A DNA stretch of 64,000 nt, from positions 2,336,001 through 2,400,000 of the forward strand of contig CAXXJV010000001.1 in the NCBI GenBank assembly GCA_963663475.2, written 5' to 3'. The position numbers and the translations under genes are program-made. The notes beneath the pieces are model-generated. The model was not told the origin of the DNA. It made no database searches and saw nothing but the letters and a program-made list of their open reading frames with translations. Source of the stretch: Candidatus Cloacimonadales bacterium (GTDB lineage: Bacteria; Cloacimonadota; Cloacimonadia; Cloacimonadales; JAFGVF01). This document shows, piece after piece, positions 49,186 through 57,577 of this stretch (positions within the stretch are counted from its first letter, which is position 1; every line of letters begins with the position of its first letter).

Positions 49186-50507
49186 ATAATACTTCCTCTT
49201 GGTGTGTTTGTAAGAAATTCTCCATTTTCTACTAAGAAGTCACCACTTTTCATTACCTTATAAATATTTAATGAAGTTGTTAAATCTTCATATGGATTAT
49301 AAATACCTTGTCTTCCTTCAATTGGGTGTTCACGATCAAAATCAATAACAACTAAATCTGCCATTGAACCTTCTTTGATTATTCCTTTATCTGGATATAA
49401 GCCAGCTAGATGGGCAGGTTCTGATGAAAATTTATTTTGCAGAAACTTTGCTTTATCAAAATCTCTATCAAAGATATTCGCTGTTAAATAAGGTATGAAA
49501 TCTAAACCATCAAGTCCGCCTGGAGCCTTAGAATAGAATGTTTTACCTATCATCTTTTGATTGATAGTAAAAGGACAATGATCTGAGGCTATTATATTAA
49601 AATAGTTTAATTTAAAACCTTCAGCTATCTTTCTGGCATTTTCTTTATCTCTGAGTGGAGGCGCACAGATTAATTGCTCTCCATATGACTCAGTATATTT
49701 TGTGTTATCTAAGAAAATGTACTGAGGACAGGTCTCACAACTAACATAATTATTGTATTTAAGTCTGTTAATTAGCTCCATTGCCTCAACAGTTGAGACA
49801 TGAACAATATGGAAATGAGCACCTGTTGAACGAGCAATTCTAAGAATTCTATTAACAGCAGTTAACTCTACAGTTTTAGATCGTACTCGCGATATGTTAT
49901 TTAAAGAAGTCTTGTGTAGTTTTATAGACTTAGTCTTTATCAAGTCATCATCTTCACAATGAACTAATATTAAAACTTGTTTATCAACATATCGTTTAGC
50001 AAATTCTTCTATCTCATGGTAAGTTGAGTATATTCCAGCTTTTTTATAGGTTGTATATAATTTAAAAGTAGTAAAACCTTCTTCTATGAGTTCTGATATT
50101 GTTTTATGGCTTTCTTCATCAAAAGTAGTAGGAGTTAAATGCCAACCAACATCACACCATAAATTATCTTTGGCTTTTTGATGTGTCCTCTCAACTGCTT
50201 GACGTAAACTTTCTCCCTTCCTCTGAGTGATAAAGCTAAATAGACTTGTTATACCATTCTTTAAAGCTACTCTAGTACCTGAATCATAGTTATCAGCAAT
50301 AGGTATTCCGTTTATCTCATCATCTAGATGTACATGAAAATCTATAAAGCCAGGTAAAACAAATTTAAAATCAATATCAGTAACATCCCAGTCAGATTCT
50401 GCTTTAATTTCATCAGCAATTTTTACAATAGTATCTTTATCAATTAATATATCTTGATTTATAATAACATCTTCACTAATTAAGCTACAATTCTTTAATA
50501 GTTTCAT
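49182..50507 (-). CDS. hyuA: Hydantoinase/dihydropyrimidinase (HyuA-like)
   Basis: PGFIDFHVH, FKLY (carbamylated Lys), VHCE, VHVS, ETCPQY, SDHCPF. Confidence 0.8.
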   Translation of the reverse strand: MKLLKNCSLISEDVIINQDILIDKDTIVKIADEIKAESDWDVTDIDFKFVLPGFIDFHVHLDDEINGIPIADNYDSGTRVALKNGITSLFSFITQRKGESLRQAVERTHQKAKDNLWCDVGWHLTPTTFDEESHKTISELIEEGFTTFKLYTTYKKAGIYSTYHEIEEFAKRYVDKQVLILVHCEDDDLIKTKSIKLHKTSLNNISRVRSKTVELTAVNRILRIARSTGAHFHIVHVSTVEAMELINRLKYNNYVSCETCPQYIFLDNTKYTESYGEQLICAPPLRDKENARKIAEGFKLNYFNIIASDHCPFTINQKMIGKTFYSKAPGGLDGLDFIPYLTANIFDRDFDKAKFLQNKFSSEPAHLAGLYPDKGIIKEGSMADLVVIDFDREHPIEGRQGIYNPYEDLTTSLNIYKVMKSGDFLVENGEFLTNTPRGSII

Positions 50508-50514
50508 TTCACTC

Positions 50515-51651
50515 CTAATAATTTAAAATTGAATTTATATCTTTCAACCCGTGACCTGTAAGTAATAGAACAATCTGTGAATTTTGCATAAATTTATCTG
50601 TAAGATTGAAAATCTCAGCTACAACAGCTGAAGAAGGCTCACAAAATATGCCTGTATTACTAGCTATAATAAATTGGTAATCAACAATATTTTCATCTTC
50701 TACCTCAAGCATAAAGCCAGAAGATTCTTGAATTGCACGGAGAGCTAAGTCTGCACAAGCTGGACTCTTCACAGAAATTGAATCTGCAATTGTATCTGCA
50801 CAATCAAGCGACTTATATTTTCCACTTTTCCAATACCTATAAATCGCGTTAGATTTGTTACTTTGAACTCCAATAATTTTGGGAACAGAAGAAGATATTC
50901 CGAGATCTTGTAAATCTTTAAAGCCCTTATAAAGACCAGAAATAATCACACCATCACCAACAGGAACTACTACATAATCAGGAACTTTATAATTATTTTG
51001 CTTGAAAATCTCGATTGCTGAGCTCTTCTTGCCTTCAATCGTTATTGGATTATAGCCAGTGTTTCTGTTAAGTGTCTTATAAAGACTAGTGTAATTAATT
51101 GATTTTTCATAAGCATCATCATAAGAACCATCTACTAGCTCTAAATCAGCACCGTAAGCAATATTTTGCGCTCTTTTGCCTAATGGGGCTTTTGCAGGTA
51201 TAAAAATTTTAGCTGAAATTTCTGTTGCTGCACAGATTCCAGCTAATGAAGATCCAGCATTTCCTGTTGAAGCACAAACTATTTTATCAATATTGTGGTG
51301 TTTTGCTTGAGCTAAAACCCAGTAAGAAGCTCGGTCTTTATAAGATCCAGTGGGATTAACTGTATCATTTTTTAACCAGATATCTAGATTTACTTTTTTA
51401 CTTAATTTATCAGCATGATAGAAAGGGGTATCACCAACTTTAATGTTGGGCAGATCCTTTTCATTAAAAGGGAAAAATTTGTTAATATCTAGTTCTTCTT
51501 TAATTAAAGCTTTATCATCTTCATCATATATAATTTCTAAGACACCACTAAGCTTATTACCAGGTGTCCACTCTTTACCACAATCATCACATAAGTATTT
51601 GATTTGGTTAATATCATATTCTCTCTTGCACTTACTACATACGTATTTCAT
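50515..51651 (-). CDS. Threonine synthase-like fold-type II PLP enzyme
   Basis: N-terminal CxxC...CxxC, NPTGSYKDR, ASTGNA, EGKK, PVGDG, EPSSA, TGHGLKD. Confidence 0.85.
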   Translation of the reverse strand: MKYVCSKCKREYDINQIKYLCDDCGKEWTPGNKLSGVLEIIYDEDDKALIKEELDINKFFPFNEKDLPNIKVGDTPFYHADKLSKKVNLDIWLKNDTVNPTGSYKDRASYWVLAQAKHHNIDKIVCASTGNAGSSLAGICAATEISAKIFIPAKAPLGKRAQNIAYGADLELVDGSYDDAYEKSINYTSLYKTLNRNTGYNPITIEGKKSSAIEIFKQNNYKVPDYVVVPVGDGVIISGLYKGFKDLQDLGISSSVPKIIGVQSNKSNAIYRYWKSGKYKSLDCADTIADSISVKSPACADLALRAIQESSGFMLEVEDENIVDYQFIIASNTGIFCEPSSAVVAEIFNLTDKFMQNSQIVLLLTGHGLKDINSILNY

Positions 51652-51680
51652 AGTTCCTTCATATTTATTTATTATATATT

Positions 51681-51711
51681 AAAAGATTGAGGACCATTAT
51701 AGTCCTCAATC
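51681..51711 (-). terminator. Intrinsic terminator
   Basis: On the minus strand, GATTGAGGAC-tataatg-GTCCTCAATC followed by TTTT. Confidence 0.75.
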
Positions 51712-51745
51712 AATTAATAATTTATCATAAGTTTTGTCAATAGCT

Positions 51746-52591
51746 TTAGAACAATTTATAGGTTAAAGATAAACCTGAAGTCTGTTTGAATCTTCCAGTA
51801 TAATCAATTTCTTTATCATATAGAAGTTGAGTATAAACATTGAATGAAAGATATTTGTATAATTGGATACTGACTTCGTTTGTCCATTCTATATCAATTT
51901 GCTTCCAGTCATCATTACCCTCTAAAGCTTCATCTTCTTCTGAGTTGAAAAAAGCTTGGAATAAGAAAAGATTAGAAGTAAATTTTGTTCTTTCTAATGG
52001 GCAAACCCACATGAATTCAGTCACAGATTCAGCACCACCATCTATCATAGGGGCTATACCATAAACATAATTTTCTCTCATAAGAAGACCGGCTCTGGTA
52101 TTTAGAGCTAAACGTTCTTCTTCAAGTATGATTTTAGCAGCACCAATACCTTGAGAGAATCTTGCAGGATCTAAAGCTCTCTTACTTTCACCTTCGAAAA
52201 CAGTTTCAAGTCTGAGTGAAACATAAGGATCTACCCAGCCATCAAAGGTTAATAAGCCTAATGATAAGAAATCAATTTCATCATCTGATTTCCTGGGAGC
52301 TTGCCAACCTGGAGCTTGCATACCTTGTTCATCTTTTTCTGTATCATATATTTGACCAAATTTTAGTTTCAAAGTATTCATAGATCTGAACCAGTATAAT
52401 AATTGCTTATTTGCTGTCATATTTCCTTGAATCAACCAATTAATATTAGATTCTTCTTCACCATCCCAATTATCAGTATAGTAACTTTGAGATAAGGTCC
52501 CTTTTACATCAAAAGAATATTCCCATCTTTCTTGAGCTACTATAGTCCCTAATAACATTGTGATTAATGCAATAAATAGAATTTTCTTCAT
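51746..52591 (-). CDS. DUF3078-like outer-membrane beta-barrel protein
   Basis: Signal peptide, SQSYYTDNWDG.E, KFGQ, KSDDEI, QLLYDK, C-terminal LSLTYKLF. Confidence 0.7.
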   Translation of the reverse strand: MKKILFIALITMLLGTIVAQERWEYSFDVKGTLSQSYYTDNWDGEEESNINWLIQGNMTANKQLLYWFRSMNTLKLKFGQIYDTEKDEQGMQAPGWQAPRKSDDEIDFLSLGLLTFDGWVDPYVSLRLETVFEGESKRALDPARFSQGIGAAKIILEEERLALNTRAGLLMRENYVYGIAPMIDGGAESVTEFMWVCPLERTKFTSNLFLFQAFFNSEEDEALEGNDDWKQIDIEWTNEVSIQLYKYLSFNVYTQLLYDKEIDYTGRFKQTSGLSLTYKLF

Positions 52592-52594
52592 TTT

Positions 52595-53797
52595 TTACTC
52601 CTTTAGTGTTTTAATGTAAGAAGTATAGAATGCAGTTGCCTTCCATAAATCTTCTCTTTTCACCTTTTCATTTGGTGCATGTGCTTGATCTTCATCACCA
52701 GGTCCAAATCCTAAACATTTGATTTCAGGATGTTTACCCATAATGAAAACACAGTTAGTACTAAAAGTCCACTTATCAACAAGTGGCTCGTTATTAAATA
52801 TAGAGGAATATCCCTTTTTTGCAACTTTTAAATATTTAGAATCTTCACTCAAAACCCAAGTTGGATAGTATTTTTCTACTGGATATATTTTACCAGTGTA
52901 TGCTTTCTCTTTGTATTCCAGAACCTTAACTTCTGCATCTGGATAACCAGCTAAAGCACAACATTCTTTAAGCTCATTTACAGCTATTTCTTTAGTTTCT
53001 CCATCAGTTAATCTTCTATCACATTGAAGATAAACGTAGTCAGATACTGCACATTGAGATGGAGAATCTGATTTCATCACAGATACTGTAATAGTTCCTT
53101 TGCCTAGGAAATCATCATGTTTCAATCTTTCATTTAATTTTTCAATCTCTAAGGCGATACGAGACATTTTATAGATTGCATTATCGCCTCTTTCTGGAGC
53201 AGAACCATGACATGATATACCCTTAACTTCAATAGATATCTCCATTCTTCCCCTATGACCTCTGTAAATATTACAGCTTGTAGGTTCTGTACTTATTACA
53301 AGTTCTGGCTTAATTCCATCTTCTAAAATTAAATGTTCCCATGCTATGCCATCACAATCTTCTTCCATCACAGTTCCTGTAATAAGGACAGTAAAGTCTT
53401 CAAGAAGATCGTATTTTTTCATCAACCAACCAGCATAAACCATGGAAGCAAGTCCACTCTTTTGATCAGAAGTACCTCTTCCATATACATAAGTATCATC
53501 AATTTCACCACTATAAGGTTCTCTATCCCAGTTAGCAAGATTTCCCTCATAGACAGTATCTATATGAGCATCAATTGCAATTAGTCTTGGTCCGGAACCA
53601 ATTCTACCGATAATAGAACCTAGTTGGTCAATCCTGACTTCATCATAACCTAATTTTTCCATTTCTTCTTTGATTAAGAGGACAACTTCTTTCTCTGTTC
53701 CTGAATGTGATCTACATTTTATTAATCTACTTAAAAAATCTGCAATTTGTGGTTCTATTTCTTGTGATTCTTTTAAAATATTTTCATAGCTTATCAT
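52595..53797 (-). CDS. ygeY: YgeY-family M20 hydrolase
   Basis: DAHIDTV, GRGTSDQK, MEEDCDG, TEPT, GHRGR, HGSAPERG, WTFSTN, AHAPNE. Confidence 0.93.
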   Translation of the reverse strand: MISYENILKESQEIEPQIADFLSRLIKCRSHSGTEKEVVLLIKEEMEKLGYDEVRIDQLGSIIGRIGSGPRLIAIDAHIDTVYEGNLANWDREPYSGEIDDTYVYGRGTSDQKSGLASMVYAGWLMKKYDLLEDFTVLITGTVMEEDCDGIAWEHLILEDGIKPELVISTEPTSCNIYRGHRGRMEISIEVKGISCHGSAPERGDNAIYKMSRIALEIEKLNERLKHDDFLGKGTITVSVMKSDSPSQCAVSDYVYLQCDRRLTDGETKEIAVNELKECCALAGYPDAEVKVLEYKEKAYTGKIYPVEKYYPTWVLSEDSKYLKVAKKGYSSIFNNEPLVDKWTFSTNCVFIMGKHPEIKCLGFGPGDEDQAHAPNEKVKREDLWKATAFYTSYIKTLKE

Positions 53798-53798
53798 T

Positions 53799-55115
53799 TT
53801 ATAATCTCTCCCATAATTTTTTTGCTAGTTCACGTGAATGTTTGTTTATATGATGTTGATCAATGAAATCTTCAAACTGATTATTATGCCATAAAATCTT
53901 TCCATTAGATATGGTAGTTGAAACATTTGCCTCAGCAATACCAAAGACTATATGGCCATAGACATTATCCTTATTCAAAGGCGTGATAGGATCGTAATCA
54001 AGAATAATTAAATCTGCAAAATTCCCTTCTTTAATTAAACCAAATTTATCAGTATCCCATAATCTATTAGCTATTGCTGCATTATTTTCTAAGAGTGTTG
54101 AAGCAATTTCCATAAAGCCACAGGAAGGATTGTTTTGCTTAATATGCTGTAACCAGAGAGCAATTCTCATTTCATTACCCATATTATTTGTCATAGCATC
54201 TGTGCCTAGTCCTACTAAAATACCATCATTAATCTGTTTAAGAACATTAGAAATTCCCACAGCATTATTGAGATTAGATTCAGGATTATGTACGATAATA
54301 CCCTGATTTTCTTTTATGATAGCTCTATCAGTATCAGAAATATTCACGCAATGTGCTAAGATTGATTTTTCATTAACAATACCAAATTTTGCCAATCTTT
54401 CTACTACCGACATACCATATTTAGCTTGAGCATCAACTTCATCTGCCTTATCTTCCGAAACATGAATATGATAACCATAAGCTTGAGTATTCTTAGTAAC
54501 AATCTCTTTAAGGGTATCATCTGAAAGAGTAAAAGAAGCGTGAAGTCCTATCAAACCAGTAATATCTGGATTATTATTCTCTTGGATAAAGGAGAAGTTT
54601 TCTAAGATGCCAGCATCTTTAATATCTTGACCATCGCGGTCAGAAATCTCATAACACAAAGAGGCTTTAACACCCATTCTTTCAACAGCCTTAGCAATTT
54701 CAGGCAAAGAATTTGTTACAGCATAAGGGCTAGCATGGTGGTCTATGAAAGTAGTAACACCTTTTTTAATTCCATCCATAATAGCAGTTAATGCACTATA
54801 ATGACTATCCTCTAAGAGAAGTTTCTTATCTAGACGCCACCACATGTTTTCTAGTACTTCTACAAAATTATCAGAAGCTGCTATACCACCAATACCTTTA
54901 GCAAAAGAACTATAAAAATGAGTATGAGCATTTATATATCCAGGCATAACTATCTTATATTTAGCATCAATTACTCTATCAAAAGCATCTTCATTAAGTT
55001 TATCCTTGTTGATACTTTTTATATATTTTCCATCAATCTCTATATTGCTATTTTCCAATAAGATATTACTTTTATCTAAAGTAATTACTCTTGCATTCTT
55101 AATTAATATTTTCAT
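53799..55115 (-). CDS. ssnA: SsnA-family amidohydrolase
   Basis: NAHTHFYS, WWRLDK, DHHASP, GLHASFT, HIHVSE, NPESNLNNAVG, LGTD. Start reassigned to 55115. Confidence 0.9.
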   Translation of the reverse strand: MKILIKNARVITLDKSNILLENSNIEIDGKYIKSINKDKLNEDAFDRVIDAKYKIVMPGYINAHTHFYSSFAKGIGGIAASDNFVEVLENMWWRLDKKLLLEDSHYSALTAIMDGIKKGVTTFIDHHASPYAVTNSLPEIAKAVERMGVKASLCYEISDRDGQDIKDAGILENFSFIQENNNPDITGLIGLHASFTLSDDTLKEIVTKNTQAYGYHIHVSEDKADEVDAQAKYGMSVVERLAKFGIVNEKSILAHCVNISDTDRAIIKENQGIIVHNPESNLNNAVGISNVLKQINDGILVGLGTDAMTNNMGNEMRIALWLQHIKQNNPSCGFMEIASTLLENNAAIANRLWDTDKFGLIKEGNFADLIILDYDPITPLNKDNVYGHIVFGIAEANVSTTISNGKILWHNNQFEDFIDQHHINKHSRELAKKLWERL

Positions 55116-57577
55116 TAGCTTCTTGCCTCCTCTGGACTTCTTTGACGCATGAATAGGGCTCCGCTGAAACACTTTTGCACGCATATGGAGCAACCAATAC
55201 ATTTACTTGCGTCTGTAACTGGTATTTTGTCTTCATTTAATGTGATAGCTAGATATGGACATCTGCTACAGTTTCCACAATGTTCACATAAATCAGGGTC
55301 AACATCTGAGATTCTCTTTACAGGAGAGATATCCATGAAATCTAGTATTGGACTAGGGAGTGCTACACCTATTAAGTCATCGATACTTTTCATACCTCTA
55401 TCTTTCATCATATAAGCTAAGCCTTGTTCTAAATCTTTAATAACCCCTACTCCATCTTTCATTACTGCAGTACAGAACTGAACTGTCTTACAGCCTAAAG
55501 CAAGGAAATCAGCAGCATCTTTATAGTTCATAGTTCCTCCGTTGCCAGAGATTGTCAGGCCTAAAGGAGCTGCTTTTGATAGGGTAAGATTAGAAATATA
55601 CTTAACAGAATCTCCAGACATACCTACCATTATTCCATCTTCCCATTCCTCTTTAACATCTTTTCTGAAAGCAACACTTGGGAAGGAGTTCGCTAGAGTT
55701 ATACCTGCTTTTTTATTAGAGTATTTGGCAAAAACTTGCTTAATTGCTTCTAAAATAGGAACAATTGAAGTTACTGCTCCAGTTAGTTTGAAAAGTTTAG
55801 GGATTTCAGAATCAGAAACCTCTAATACCCAATCTATCACTTTAGCGGCTAGTTCTGCATTTTGTGAGACAATATCGCCTTCAGTTCCATCTCCACCTTG
55901 AGGACATGATAAACTATACTCAACACCATGAACTTTAGCAGAATCTATAAGCTTAGTATTTGCTTGCCATACAGCCTTATCTTCCTCATCATGACCTGTT
56001 ACTGGTCCACCAGTAGATACTATAGTTAACCTATCTGGGAATTCAGTAATAATGTTCTTAGCATTAGCCAGTACTTTTCTTAGTGGTACTTCAGAAACAT
56101 TATCGCAGTTAGCATAGGTTTCTTGGTTAAACTCGAACATATAATCGTGTGGGATATGGATATCTAAATCATCAAAAGCAGTTTTCATAACAGCTCCAGC
56201 CCAACCAGCCTCATATGCTTTTTTAACTTGGTCATAACCATCAGAAGGTGGTGCAGCTGAAAGAATAAATGGTGATATCATTTCTCTTCCAAAGAAGTCT
56301 GCCTTTATGGAAACATCTTTTGTATAAGTATCTTTGAGCCCCAAATATGATTTAACATGTTTATCAGGTATTTCTGCATCAATGCTTTGTCCGAAACTTC
56401 TTAGAACTTCAACAGCACAGTTGCGACCACTAGCTACAGCTTCCACAACTGTTGTAGCATTATTTCTTAAATCACCACATTTAAAAACTTTACCCTTAGC
56501 AATGTCATTTTCAATACTGGATCTACTACCAACTGCAAAAATAACATAATCGTAAAAATCAGAGTGAAACTCGGTATTAGCTATTTTTTCAATCTTAGAT
56601 AAGTCAAAGTCTCTACCATGTAGTTTTACTCTTTGGCAATGAAGCTTTAAGCCATTTTCATCAGACTCTATTTCTTTAACAATAGTTCTAAAATAATTTC
56701 CAAAATTATTGTTAAGTAACTCTTTTTGCTCTTTTGAATCTAATCTCATTTCAGATAAATTCTCTAAAGTGAAGAAATCAACAACTTCAGCACCACTATT
56801 GACTGCTTTCATACCACAGTCCATTGCTACTGCTCCCCCACCTATAATAGCATATCTGGAATTGTCTTCTAGTTTTGCTAGACTCAAGAATGACTTCCAA
56901 TCATGAGCTAACTCTTTGCCATGAATGTTTAGTTTTATGGCTTGATCTTGACCACTAGCTAGAATAACTGCATCATACATTTCAGCAAACTTATCTAAAT
57001 CCATAATATTTGTTTTGTTATAAACTCTGATATTATCATGATTTATTGCCTGATTAATATCACTTTCCAAAACTTCTTTATTGAGTCTGTATTCTGGAAT
57101 AAAATCACACATACCACCTAAAATATCTTCTCTTTCAAAGATATCAACATTTACTCCATACTGAGCTAAAATATTAGCACATCCTATACCTGAAGGTCCT
57201 CCACCAATAATACCCACTTTCTTTTTTATAGATTCATTTTGCTGGAATTCTGGTTTAAAACCTAAGTCTTTACCCATCTGGATAATCTTAGCTTGTACAT
57301 CAGGAATTTTAATGGGGTTATCAAAAGTTTGTCTGGAACAGGCTGCCATACAATGATAATCTGGACAGACAGAACCACAGATTCCTCCTAGAATATTTTT
57401 TGATAAAATAATTGTAGAAGCTCTTTTTATATCGCTATCAGCCCCATTTTTTACCGCTTTGATAAATTCAGCAGGTGAGCAAGAAACTGGGCAAGCATCC
57501 ATACAAGGCATTTCTTCACAGTAGACACATCTATCTACTTCATTTTTAAATTGGGCATCAGTTAAAAATTTATACAT
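55115..57577 (-). CDS. Fused PreT-PreA (dihydropyrimidine-dehydrogenase-like) Fe-S flavoprotein
   Basis: RCVYC..PC..ACP, CGSVCP..HC..AC, two GGG Rossmann motifs, then an FMN TIM barrel (PFILSA, VMKT, SLSCP, KLT, ANS, GMSG, SGNGG, VQFCT) and C-terminal 2x[4Fe-4S]. Confidence 0.85.
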   Translation of the reverse strand: MYKFLTDAQFKNEVDRCVYCEEMPCMDACPVSCSPAEFIKAVKNGADSDIKRASTIILSKNILGGICGSVCPDYHCMAACSRQTFDNPIKIPDVQAKIIQMGKDLGFKPEFQQNESIKKKVGIIGGGPSGIGCANILAQYGVNVDIFEREDILGGMCDFIPEYRLNKEVLESDINQAINHDNIRVYNKTNIMDLDKFAEMYDAVILASGQDQAIKLNIHGKELAHDWKSFLSLAKLEDNSRYAIIGGGAVAMDCGMKAVNSGAEVVDFFTLENLSEMRLDSKEQKELLNNNFGNYFRTIVKEIESDENGLKLHCQRVKLHGRDFDLSKIEKIANTEFHSDFYDYVIFAVGSRSSIENDIAKGKVFKCGDLRNNATTVVEAVASGRNCAVEVLRSFGQSIDAEIPDKHVKSYLGLKDTYTKDVSIKADFFGREMISPFILSAAPPSDGYDQVKKAYEAGWAGAVMKTAFDDLDIHIPHDYMFEFNQETYANCDNVSEVPLRKVLANAKNIITEFPDRLTIVSTGGPVTGHDEEDKAVWQANTKLIDSAKVHGVEYSLSCPQGGDGTEGDIVSQNAELAAKVIDWVLEVSDSEIPKLFKLTGAVTSIVPILEAIKQVFAKYSNKKAGITLANSFPSVAFRKDVKEEWEDGIMVGMSGDSVKYISNLTLSKAAPLGLTISGNGGTMNYKDAADFLALGCKTVQFCTAVMKDGVGVIKDLEQGLAYMMKDRGMKSIDDLIGVALPSPILDFMDISPVKRISDVDPDLCEHCGNCSRCPYLAITLNEDKIPVTDASKCIGCSICVQKCFSGALFMRQRSPEEARS

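Noticed and set aside
55115-57577. Calling this gene ygfK or gltD
   Set aside because: The domain order is opposite to YgfK, and it carries a PreA-like FMN barrel that GltD lacks.
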